Assembly: GCA_977030845.1 (NCBI GenBank)
Contig: OZ365111.1
Span: 13,764,001 to 13,828,000 of the forward strand
DNA length: 64,000 nt
Reading direction: 5' to 3'
From: Fimbriosthenelais zetlandica
Taxonomy: Eukaryota
A program made the translations under genes and the position numbers. Shown here one piece after another: positions 38,421 to 51,375 of the stretch (its first letter is position 1; every line of letters starts with the position of its first letter). The notes under the pieces are model-generated. The model was not told the DNA's origin and ran no database searches. It saw nothing but the letters and a program-made list of their open reading frames with translations.

Positions 38421-41400
38421 TTCCTTGGCCACAAGTGCTTGCCTCCTGGGCACTTGTATAGGCGTGGATAATAAAAAGAGCCATAGCAGCGAGAGCAGGG
38501 CAAAGCTACAACCCTGTACTCCTATACCAATGCCCTCTCATAATATGCCCATATGATGGCAGCTCCCACCAACTATCAATTAGGCGTGATTTTTTTTTGT
38601 TTTTGTACATTCAAGACCCTTCTCGCAAAACATCCATTATCATTGGACATTCTGCGTTATAAGCTATGTATGCCGATGGCTAAAGTTGGAGAGGCAATTG
38701 AAGGGCTTGCTCAAAAGCTTGTGCCCAGTTGTTGGGGCAGTCAGTGCAGAAGAGGGGTGTGGGGTTAAAGGGATGGAGCGTTCAAAAGTATATTGAAGTT
38801 AGTTTAGGAGTGGGAAGGATAACAATTGATAAATCAATTGCACTGGGTGAGATTTCTATATCCAAAATCTGCATGTGTACCTTTCATTTGTTTGTTTTGC
38901 TTTCGATCATGATGTCTATCAGTCCTTGAGACAATATGATTTGTATGTATAGCATAATATAGGGACACTCCATCGCAATATATACATTATTACACTACAT
39001 TATATGAGATTGGAGCTGAAGATGCCAGGATATTACTTATTTGATGGGGTGGCCAGGTGGTCATACTAACAGCATTCAATTAATTGTTGCTGGGTGGGCT
39101 ACGATGAGCATTAAGACAGGATTTAATATGGAAACAGCAGCAGCTGTACCTCTCTAACTCACACCTCTTTCCTCCCAAAAATGACTGAGTGAACTCGTGA
39201 TGTCTCTTCACCTATTGACAGAGAGTCTGTGATGGATGTAGCCAATACGTGCCTTATTAAATCTGACTGGCGAGCAAATGATTTATTCTAGACTCGGGGG
39301 TTTATGAGACTCCTCCGCTTCATCACACTCGGTTTGACAGTAAGGATCTATTCACTATTGTGCATTGCATTTTAATAGCAACAGATTGGTCGCTTTGACT
39401 CATGAATCAAGAATCATTTTAAGCTCAAACACTATCTCTAACTCGTCCTCAGACAGCTGAAGTATTGCTGACTGTACGATCAACAAATAGGGAATTCACT
39501 TACTCACTCCTAAAAACTCGAATACGTGGAAGGGTGCGATGCATTCTTTGAAATTTAATTTTCTTATTAATGTCTCAAGTTATGAATTCAGTTCCAGTAT
39601 AAATTATTACTTTTCGGATTAATATCTAGGCCCTAATTTTTACCCTAAACAAAATAGCTTCAATCCAATATGTATCGACCTTGCATCAATTATGATTAAC
39701 CCAGATATTTGGCATCAAGGCCCCCACTGTATACACAATAATAATATTATTACGAATTGCTTCCATACACTCCTCACAATTGCCTCTAAGTAAAGATAAT
39801 TCTAGGAGGAAGTCTCAGAAAGAACAAAATGATTAATCGTGCACAATATACCTGACTCTCCCACTTTACATTGGCTGAGAACATGCGATGAAAGTATCAA
39901 TTCTCATCAGAGATCATTGAAGGCACTGTGTACATCTTCAGCACACAAATAAACACTATTTGGGGGCTTCGCTTTATCTGGCGTGTTCTGATCGGAATGG
40001 TAGAAGGTAAATGCTAGCATCTCCCTGTCCTCCAGCATCTATCCCTATTATAGCAATTCTGTCATTTGATAAGATCTGTCATGCATCCACTTGGGAAAAT
40101 CTTCTCAACGTTTCTCAAGAATATTGTCAGTGCAATATAGGACATATTGTTAACTATTTTAGGGCAATATTTTTTAGGGCAATATTGTTGTCTCCCCAAT
40201 ATCTGTACATTATATAGAACATAATGAATTGATATTTTTTTTGTTTTAATATTCTGAAATAACATTGCTAAGGACAGTGCAAGAAAAGGAGAAACTCTTA
40301 ATAAATTATGGAGGAATATGTTCAGATATTTCAATTGAGTACTTAAAGACATGAATCCTTAATACATTGACCCTAACCCACTCTTCTGCCATCCATCTTC
40401 CCAGACTGCAGGCTTTTCCATCCCATTTCACCAGGCTGCAAAAGCATGCAAGAAGGATCAGTCAAGAGGGAAACCATTTACCAATGAATGTTAAATCATT
40501 TGTTTACCAATCCATCTCCAATATAGTAATTGATGGCTGGAGACAAATAGGTCATTAGATTGTGGCGTGAGAATGGGGAGAGGAACTAACACAACTAAAG
40601 TGATGATTAAGAGTGGGGTGTTGGTGGGTCAACCCGACAAGTGTCAATATGTGATAGATGGCCATGCTAGACTTGCATCGAACCCAATTTTTTAAATTCT
40701 TCTTTGTGCAATGCTTCCTAGGATGGAAGATCCCACTTTATGTTTCACTATTGGTGCTCATTTGCTTCTATTAACCCATTTAGGTACAATGATCCACCAC
40801 TATTATGGTGCAATATGCATCTATGCCTATTCATTTTAGAATTCAGACCAGACTTCTGGAGTTTCTCGTCCTGGAAGGGTTAATGCAGAGCCCTTGCCTC
40901 TAGTGGAGTTATCCGGCACAATTGGGATGCATCTTAAAACGGCCTGATTTCCTTGTTTTATTCCCATTGAAGGCTGTTAAACTTGGACCTTATTGATCCT
41001 GTCTTGAGACCTCACCCGCACCGGCAGTCAACCTCGACTGCCAACTATTCCTCACGGACTGCAGCTTTAAAATCCAATTTCCACTACTATTCTAGTTATA
41101 AAGGTCCTCCATAAATCTGAGTTGGATGCAGTGACATGGCAAGGAAGTGACCTCTTCAACCCCAACTCTGCAGGGTTTATATAGAGGCATGGAGAAAAAA
41201 GATAAAAACTAAAAAGATCAATGCAGTCCATTTACCAATCTTCATCTCCATGCACTGCGAGTGGGTGGTATACGTGTAGATAACACCAGCCCACCTTCTC
41301 TGACCCTTCCTGACATGTTTCATAGATTATTGTCCGGTTGGGCATGTTTAAGATTCAGAAAAGGTCTGGAAATTGACTCTGAATATATCAACGTAATACT

Positions 41401-44400
41401 GTCAACCATTCTTGTCATCTTCTCTTCTAAACTGTATCAAGGGACCCACAAGCATGTCTTTAAAAGCCTTTATGTATGAATAATCCCCTGCTGTTGAGTT
41501 GTCTCCTGTCATATCCATCCATTTCATCCATATTGAATGGGTGTCGTTCGGTACTGGTCCCATGGGCCATAAGGGTCCGTAAGTGCATGGACGTATATAA
41601 AATAATATAGTAGGCCTACAGGGCATGAAAAGGACCAAACGTAAGGGGAAATCAGGTGTTTACATCAAAATGCCATATGTAAAATACTTTTTATTGTCTT
41701 ATATGAAATGTATTTGAAGTGAATTTCCTGTGCTTGAAATACTACAGAATGAGATATCACATGGGTATAAATTGTGCATGTTTGTTCAGCATGTGACAGA
41801 ACATGAATGAGCAAATTGATAAGCGAGATAGACCGAGGATCAACTGGCACATCAACATGCAGCCTTCATTGCATTGCGAGGGCCCCAATCAGACAATCTA
41901 GAACGCGCATGTTTGGGACTTGAAGTACATTATTTCATCAGTGCAAGACCAACGCCTAAAACAATATTCGAGAAAGACTGAAACTTACATTAAAAATAAC
42001 TGATAATCGTGGAAGCCAGGTGCAAAATTGAATAAATCAGAATGTAAGATTTGCTGGAAATAAAATATAAAGAATTCAGCACTAATTGCTGCAGTGATCA
42101 TCCTTCCAATACTAACTTAATTGCCATTACCCCGGGACTGCAATCATTAAAATGGATGGAATTAAAAAATTAATCCCCACAAGGACAAAAATAACAATTT
42201 ATTCTTTCCTGAAGAACCGACGCACCACCGTTAAGTCGTTACGAATCTATACTAAAAAATAATTTCAGGAAACTTAAGGAGGAAACTTTAGAGGGAGGAA
42301 ATACAACGGGTGGAATCAGAACTTTTATTGAAGGCTTCCAAGCTCTGGCATATATGTCATAACAGATAAACGATAAAGTCATAGTACTAGTCTATTTCTT
42401 TCTGTTACTATCTGGGAGCTTTGGGAACAGACACACTCCGTCAATCGACCTAATGCAGTATTGTGACTGTAAACATGGTTCAATTTTCTGTGCCATCAAC
42501 GTGAAGGGCTCCTCTATTTGTGGATTAAACGAGTCAGACAATTTGCTAGGCTAAAAAGAGGAGGATGGATGTGCACCTCAGACTGTCCGCTAAGACAATA
42601 AATACTCTACCACAAATAAAACCTTCACTAATTAAAACAATTCAATTGCCATAAAATTCCAACACCAAATCCTCACTTCTTAAAATAATTCGACTTCTAT
42701 AGATTTCAATTCATTCCATAAGAATCTGATTGGTATTCTGACTATATCCCGCGTATCCAAATTTCTATATTAAGTAATATCACATTTACAAAAGTTATTT
42801 TTCATACTATTTTAGATGTCAGTTAATAAAAACACGGGATTACAGTTTAAATCCAAGTATAGGGCATTATAGGAAATGGCCGCCATGGAAAAAATCCGGC
42901 GCTCGCTGTATTTGAAAGCCCAACCATTTTGAATGCTGGCGCCAAGGATGTGGGCTTATCCCTCTGATTCCTATAAGCGATGAACCTGTCTGGTATAAGA
43001 GAATCAGAATGTGCTGCTTACAGGATGAGAGAAAGGTTTTATGGGCAGGGTGGCAGCCTGGGCCAGCTGAGACAAGGGGAGATAAAAGAGAACTATTAGA
43101 CTAAGCACCTTACAGGCCACCTCTCGCATGAGTCTTACCTTGAGGGGGATCATTATCAATAATGACATTACCCGACCATCATCCTTATCATTTATTTACA
43201 TCTCCCACTTTTTTTCTCTCTCCTGACTTTTTCTACCCATCTATAGCTCTTATTGATTGAACCACTTTTTACAGTAGGCCTACATGAGAAGTGTACCCAC
43301 TCTCTTTGAACAATAGGGTTCATTCAGTCACCTACTCATTCACATGTATAGGTTTATGGGCTCTATATGAGCAGTGCTAGTGCCATATTTTTCCATATAT
43401 GTAATGGCTTTGATCCATCATTGGATTGGGTAAGTTACTATGAGAACAGGAACAGATAAGCAGGTCTCATTAAGACAGAAGACAGCTACCACATCATCAA
43501 TCTTTCTCAGAGCTCAGGCCCACCCCTCAATCTCTCTATATCAAAGCCCAATTCACCAAAGAATGTGACATACCAATTTAAAGGAATCATAATCCATTAT
43601 GGAACGTCTTTTACCTATAGCAGTATAGACCTAATGACTATGTCAACTCTATATAGTTGCTTTGGGGTATATAATCAAGACATACGCACACGCAGTGCCA
43701 CATGAACCCTAACAATATGTTCTGGTGAGCCTATGACATTTTCTTGGGTCTAACCAGTTTACATCAGTTGATTGAATTGCCAATTTGATGAGCTCATCTA
43801 CATAACGAAATAAGCAGCGCATTTCCTGTCGACACATCACATGACTCACCACGTGATCCTGATGACCTTGACATGCAAGGGTCAGCCATGGGCTGTGAAG
43901 CCAGCCGTCTTCGTTTGCAATCTCTCTGACTTACATTGCGCTCAATGAATTGACTAAGCAGAACATTCATGGCTTTATTAAATCAGCCTACTCAAGCCTG
44001 GTAGACAGTCACATCAGTCTTGTAACCTCCTATGCAATTTCCCCCAAATGCTGGGACCACAAAACACCAAAAGTGTTCCGGTCCCCTCTCCATAATGGTG
44101 CTTTTAGTAGGTATTAATACCAATCGTCCTGCCATAACATGTCTCATAGCCATCAGAATGCCTGAGTGTTGAAACAAGTACTGTAGAGGAAAAAGTGCTT
44201 GCTTTTATCCCCAATAAACTCAGATGAATATAAAAAATATTAGATTTTGTACTGGGGCTAAAGCCTGGAACACACTAATCCTATTCTGGCTCAGGCTCCG
44301 GCTCCATCTGATAGCTGTCTGAATGTCATTGGATGCCATTAGTGAGGGTTCGGATGTCGACCTATTGGAGAATCGGAATAGTCCTTTTCAGGCTTTAAGG

Positions 44401-46829
44401 TGAAGATGGGAAAATACTATGGAGCTATGAAGTGACTCAGAATGATAGGTTGATTAAAATTTGTAGGGATATAGATAAGCAGCATGTGACAGCGTAGGGG
44501 ACTGGGATGCATCTGTGAATTCACACACCTGATTATAAGAAACATCTTGCCTAGCAACAGCTATAAGTGAGATCTTCTCACATCTAAGTCGGTCCAGACC
44601 ATCCCTTTATGCACCTCTACTCAATCTCCAGAGTAGAAGCATTCACTACGGTACCTCCCTGAAGCAGATCCTATGGTACTACAATATACACCCCATAGTA
44701 GATTGCCTTATATGGCGCGCCTTAATTCCTTGTGTGCAATGGTGATAGTCTACATTCAGCTATGGGAACTGGAAGCTCACAGATATAGTCTCTTCTCAAA
44801 TCGACCAATCAAAGGATGGGCCAGTAGAAAATGAAGCCTGGGATTAAGGGATTTAAAATTGGGAAGAAAAACCATGGAGGAATTATTAGACGGGCTTTTG
44901 AAATTATAGTCACAGCGGGAGGTAGTGAGCGATGCGGTCATCTCAGAGCTTCCGCTAACTTATAAGCTGGGGGATTTGAAGTATGGGCCGCGGCAGAAAG
45001 GTCTTTTATTTGTCTGGCGTCAACAAGTAGAGAGGGACGAAATGTTTCATTAACACTGAAGGCCAAGGCAACACGCTAGGCTAATGAGTCGGAGGAACGT
45101 GAAAAGAATACATGAATAGGAAGTGCCTCCTTGTTATGCTGCCAATGTCCGGATGGCAAATAAGGTGAAATTCAATGATAAAGAGCTATTCAAATTTTGA
45201 TGGACAATTAACGTCTCCTTTGGCTTCAAATAAATGAGTTGAAGACCTAAGGTCTAATTCAATTCTATTGTATTAGATCATTATTGGACGGCACGAAAGG
45301 GAGAGGATGGGCAGTTACTGTGGATATTATTCGAAAACTTGTATTGGCTTCCAACCATTTAACACTTTACGATTCCTTAAACACTACATTTATTCTCTTT
45401 TTACTCATCTTGTTCGAGTCAATAGGGAACACGTGCATTTAAGAAAATAAAGGGCGCATATGTAGTGAATAACTTATAAGACAGATGAATTAATCAAGGG
45501 GGCTATAACGTAAATGTAAAGCCCCCTATGTGGGGTGGGGGGCTGGGGGTGAGAACTAGTTAAACAAAATGTTGGTCATAAATGAATATAGTGTGCATAA
45601 TGACACCATTTCTACGGTAATTCCCTGCAAGATCCTGATCTGCGCGAAAACTGATAAAGCTGAGAGAACCTTGTTAAAAGTCTTCCCTGACACAATCATC
45701 AATTACAAGGTATAGAATGGGGGGTGACTTGGGGCCGTCACGCCACTATAAATACCTCTCCCCTCCACCTCCTCTCCCTCCCATCAACAAATCAGTGGCT
45801 GAACGCTTCAAGGCGACAGTCGTGGTAGAAGGTCGATAAAGGCGAGTGTGGAAAACACAAAGGAAATCTACGAGGACCAAGGTGATGGCCATCAAAGGCA
45901 ATCTCCGGGGGAGGCCTCTGAGATTTATGTTTCCTGTAATACAATAGGAGGAGACAGATTTTGACTAGGGGTGGGGGCAAGAGAGGTGCCCTGCCGCAAG
46001 CACTAGCTCTTCTAGGAGGTTGATGGCCATTGTATTACCTGTTTTTTGTCCCAACACTTCCTCATTCAGTAGCCATAAGAGCAAGGGGTTGAATTGGACA
46101 GGTCTCCTATACTTGATCTAGAGTGTCTCAAGTACGCATATTAGTAGTCTTTTCTTTACTGTTTCTCACATTGTTTTAGGTATGGACTCATTGGTAGCCT
46201 AAGCACGAGTCTTAGCACAATTTTACACGAGTCAAGCACAATTTTACATAGAGCCATTATTATTTGGTTTTTCTTGACTGGCATTTTTAGGATCAGCCCC
46301 AATAAGATCAGTTCTGCTTGAGCTCTGATGAAACTATTCAAGGTGGGTCTGACAACGTTGCCATGGAAACATTTGACACGGTGGCAACCATTGCTTGACC
46401 GGATTGATGGAATCAACCCAAGCAATCCGGCCCAATAGGGAAGTGGGTGTTCAATCCAATCGGGCCTGATCAATTTTTTTGTCAGAAAAGTTCTGCCCTA
46501 TCCAACCATCGTGGATTTTCAGGCTATTGGTGGCTACTTCCTTGGGGACAGAAAGAGAGTGCTTCTTACTACATAGGGATGTCTTGATTTGACTCAAGGC
46601 AGGCTTTGGAGTTTCTTTGGCAAAGTTTTCGCTGATCAAAATTTAATTAGACCGGCTTCATTTCGGCCAAATTAGATCGGATGGAGGGGAGAGAGGAGAA
46701 GGGGCTTGATACATAAGTGGGTAGGAGACATGAGTGGGGTACATAGTGGGTCCATTACAGGCTGGGCAGGGGCTTGACCGTAAGGCAAGGATGAAGGGAA
46801 ACCCCGAGACTCGGACCATCTCCGCGCAT

Positions 46830-48100
46830 GTATTATATATGTGATCTGCTCCATTCTATGAAGGATTTGAACATTGAAGAGACAAGGGAAGTCATAGATG
46901 GAAGTTTAAAGTACATAGGAAACTGCGAAACGGAAGGCAGATCAGAGAAGACTCTATCTAGATACATGTATTTACCTTTTCGTTCTAAGTTCTTCAATTG
47001 TTCGAAGAAAATTAATGAGGTCCATATTAGGTCTTCCAAGTAATGTTGCAATACAAAAACTGATTATGCCCCCTTTTGTATAGCGGCCAGTCCAAAGGCA
47101 TCATCTTGGCATAATATTGATTTTTAATATCACAATCAAAGTAAATTTTGTTTTTGGATTCAGCCAACAGCCTACCATTCTCCCTCAAGATGTTGCCTCC
47201 AGGTCTTGAAAATAACAAACAGTTTCAATGTCAACTGATAGGCTATTAGTAGGTCCCAGAAGAGACCATAATTCAACTAGTGCACTTTCACCCTGCCTGC
47301 AACCTGTTGCTTGAGCGAGGGAGGAATAGCTCATGAATAATAATGGCTGATGGTCCCCAGCCCTAGCCAAGCCTGGCCTAATAGCTAGTTACATCCCCAC
47401 CACCGCCCATAGAGAAGGGCCAGTATAGATCCATACAGGGGAATGGGAATCATCTTAATCTTCATGAAATATTGCCTGCAGGAGGAAACTCATAGTGCCT
47501 TCATCGTGATTTCCTAACTAAAGCACGAGTTTGTATTTAAACAGAAAGCATTTATGTTGTATTCTGGTCAAAAGAGGAAAAGGGCATTACCGTACTGTAG
47601 GGCATTGTTCAAGAACAAGGTTTGGGTAAAACTAATGGTTTTTGTATTCGATCAATAGGTTTGTTGCATAAAACAGCAGATAATGATAAGCCAAGTGTCA
47701 GTGTTCCAGCATGGGGAACGGACTTATTCCAATGTATTCAGTAGAACTAAACCCATGGCTCTGGCAAGGATTGATCATGAATTTCGAAACCATGAATCAC
47801 TTTCATACTTGTAGTTAAATTCATCCAAGGTTGAAGCGGAAAATGAAAGTTATAGTTCTAATGGACCAATATGTGTACAAAGCAAAGATCCTCTGTTTGT
47901 CATTGTTTGAAATAAACGATGAATATTCCTTTGTCTTCAGTCTTCTTCAATCTTAGTGTGCCAATGTGGTTGATCCCAGCGGTCAAATAATGACCCTAAA
48001 TGATCAGTGTGTCAGAGAGTGCTAACACCAAAATATCCCTGATGGCAGATTCACAACTGAGTCCACATAAATTGATCTCTTCTGGAAAACAATTCTTCTC
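46830..48100 (-). mobile_element. Decayed L1/Tx1-like endonuclease/linker fragment
   Basis: FLNNAL near 47610 (cf. WKLNNSLL) and ESKNKIYF near 47150 (cf. GEK.TKYF). Weak. Confidence 0.28.
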
Positions 48101-50509
48101 TAATGGCAGCAAAGTTTCCTTTACAGGCCTATGAGGCTCTCACCATCTTTGCTTAGGGAATTGAACCGGGTATCTCCCAAGACCCAATGCATTCAACTGA
48201 CACCCTGAGATAGAAGGAATGGAGGAGTCATTACTATATCTGAGACCAGTCAGATTGATGAAGGAGTCGGGCGTAACGGTGATCAGTCTGACAACTGCCA
48301 TGGTTTCATCACCCAGTAGTCCCGAGGAGGAAGATCCAGCAGGTCTTGTCTGAAGGATCCACTGATTGACGACTGCTCAGTAAGCCTGGATATCCGACAC
48401 AGAGACCTGAACACCGACCTTCAGAGGTCTTCTCATCCCCCAGCAAAACAGATGATTTTATCACAGAAACGAGAAAGGAGAAAACATGCACGAATGAATC
48501 ATCAAGGATTTTTACGTGGACAGGGCCATGTTTGTGACTGATTTCCTCTTCCTGTTACATTAGATTGACCAATGACATGTAAAAAACCAAAGGCCCGGGT
48601 CAAGTGGATGACTTCTATGTAAAAAATGCTCTTGTGGAAATGATCAAAAATTAGGAATTTCTGGAGTATTGTCCAACCAGAATATTTGGGTAAAAGTGAC
48701 AATACTTAATGCAACCGTTCCCATATATATTTCTCCAATACATAGTAAACATAGCAAGTAAATTTATTAGGGGCAAATATTTAGTGAGTACTCAATAGAT
48801 ATAATTTGCTTTAGCCGGAGGCTTCTATTACAGGGCCTTCACTTGTTGTTCCTAACCACATCTTGTTGTCTGACCCTTCCTACCTCTCACATTGACCCCC
48901 CCCCCCCCCACCTACGGCCATGTCCAGCTAGTGCAATGAACACCCCACACCCCAAGGAGTGATAAATAGCCTGTACCTAACAACCCAGTTAAACTTCATT
49001 AGCCTAAATAAGGCTAACCTAATTAGAAAATCCCTCAACGAGACCATTGTGTACTCGCGCCGTAATTTATTTAGAGGAGTGGTTTTTTAAAACTGGAAAC
49101 GTGAATTACTATCTCATGAAGGTGCTCCTAATTGAGGGTTACTTTGAAGGGTCTTCTTTATTCCTGTTCCCCTAACAAGACTTTTAAACCAGTCAAACTG
49201 TTATTTAAGATTCTGGGAAGGCCCATCTTATTCCCAGTCAACATGCCAAAAATGTATAGATCTATATGACATATCTATCCATATGACTACCCATATCTTC
49301 AAGGAACAACAGGTAAACTAAGACTTACAAGTAACTTACTTGCTAATACCTGATTATATAACATTGTTATACATAGATGATTACAGACTGCTTTGGTCAC
49401 CTCAGGTTGACCCCTCTTCTAACATACCTAGCTCCTTACCGACGGAAGATGATAATGAAAATGAGCAACTGCTGCCAGTAATCGCAGCTTTCAAGAGAGA
49501 GGGCATCAATTATGTACCACATAATGCCACTTAAAATCTTCGATTTCCAGTTACGAAATCAAAACATGGAAGAAATATTCACAAGGCTAACCGCTACATT
49601 ATAGTAAAAATGTATTATCAGGACAAAAAACCTAGGATTGTACACTACAATGATCAGTTAGTAAATTTAAAATAATGTCATTCAGAGATACGAGTCCCAA
49701 TGAAAGTGATATTGGGAAGGTCGGCCATAACTTTTCTTCATTCAGATTTTGACAGGAGAGAGGTAGAGACTACAACAAATGATGAATGTAATTTTCAGTA
49801 AATCACCTAGTTCTAACTCAACCTGAGCTGGGATGACAAGCCCATGTGCTATCTGATCACAAAAGCGTCAATGCGAAGATCTTCCTCATTTCAATGCTAA
49901 AGTAATGGATTCACTGCTTTCCTTTTTCCACAGCTAAAGCCCTCATCCCAGCAGAAACGCCTGGCCATTCTATCAGCCATCTAGTGTAGAAGAAAACTCC
50001 TAGGATGGGCCAGCCTCATGTTTTATTAATGAGTTCCCATAGAGGGAATGAGTTCCCTACAAGAGGGGGTAATGATGGAGTGAATGATTTATCGATGGAC
50101 ACCAATATGCCAGTATTCATCGCTTTCTGCTTGATTATGATGTAATGTGTTCAAGGTGTGATTCCTAGGCTGGGTCGCATAATGTTGTCACAGGTATTAC
50201 TTAAAGTGGTGCATTAAAGTAGGTTCCAGTGGAAGAAGAGTGAGGTGGGTAACAGGCGTCCAAATAAGAGACAGTTTTCACATGGTCACAGGGCCATTAG
50301 ATCTCCAAACCATTGTCAACCATTGGCCTTTGTCAAAATCAGATAGGTCGAAAAAGTGCGGTCTATGATAATTATCTGATAATTTTTAATGATAACCGGC
50401 CCATTTTGTTAGTGAATCAAATGGCCAATCTCAAAATCGTATGGTTTCGGGCCACTGGCCAGTGGGCCATCGCTTATTTCGAACCCTGGGTACGAGTGGC
50501 AGTGAGAAT

Positions 50510-50720
50510 GGGGCTAAGAGAAAGAGAAAATGAGGGAGAGAGAGAAAACGGGGGAGGGGGGCAGAGGAGAGTGAGGGAAGGAGAAAGGGGAAAGGGAGAA
50601 AGAATAAGACTGAGAGGAGGGGGGTGGAGGAAGGGAGAAAGATCGGGAGAGATAGACTTAGAAGGAGAAGGAGAGAGACGGAGAAGGGAGGTGAGGGAGA
50701 ATGAGAGGTGGGTGGGAGGG
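50510..50720 (+). repeat. Purine-rich (GA) low-complexity tract
   Basis: About 200 bp almost entirely A/G; explains ORFs 50313-50735 and 50431-50757. Confidence 0.85.
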
Positions 50721-51375
50721 CCCCATTATCCTTGAATTCTGTGAGGCCAGAAATCAATATAGAATGACAAGAGGTTAATCAGATGTAGGGACAAAATAGA
50801 CAATCTGTAGAGGGGTGTTAATTTTGCAGTCAATAATCCAAGACTTGCATTATGTTGAAAAACCTTGCATCATGTCACTAATGAATCCGTGACTTGCATC
50901 ATGTCAATTACATAATCAAATCAATAGGCGGGAGTATTAAATTGTAGGCTATTGATGGCCTTTCTGGGCCATAAAATGCAAAATGACGGACCGCTATATT
51001 CCATAAGCTGCTATGAGTCCATAATAAGAATTCAGCAACAGAAAATTCAGAAATACAGAAATTAATGAAAGTAAAATTTCTTTTAATATATCTATATACA
51101 ACAAAGGAATCACCATTCATTCATTGCATTTCTCAGAAAGGTGGTGCCCTCTGGTAGAAAATGTGGATCCAGTCCCAAAGCAGAATCAAAGTAGCAAAAT
51201 ATACAAGTTGGAAATAACACACACGGAATGAAAGTGAGGAAAAATGTATGCATGCCACCTAACTAATGTGGGTGTCATTGTTCTGCCGTTATTTATAACC
51301 TTGATAAATCGGCAGAACTACGGTACCGGGTATAAAACAAAATTTTTAAAATAAAATAGCAATTAGTGAACTCAC

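Noticed and set aside
38950-41250. CR1/L2-like endonuclease and RT traces (also 29000-29750, 34500-35100, 44800-45050)
   Set aside because: Only isolated 3-5 residue matches; too weak to call without a profile search.
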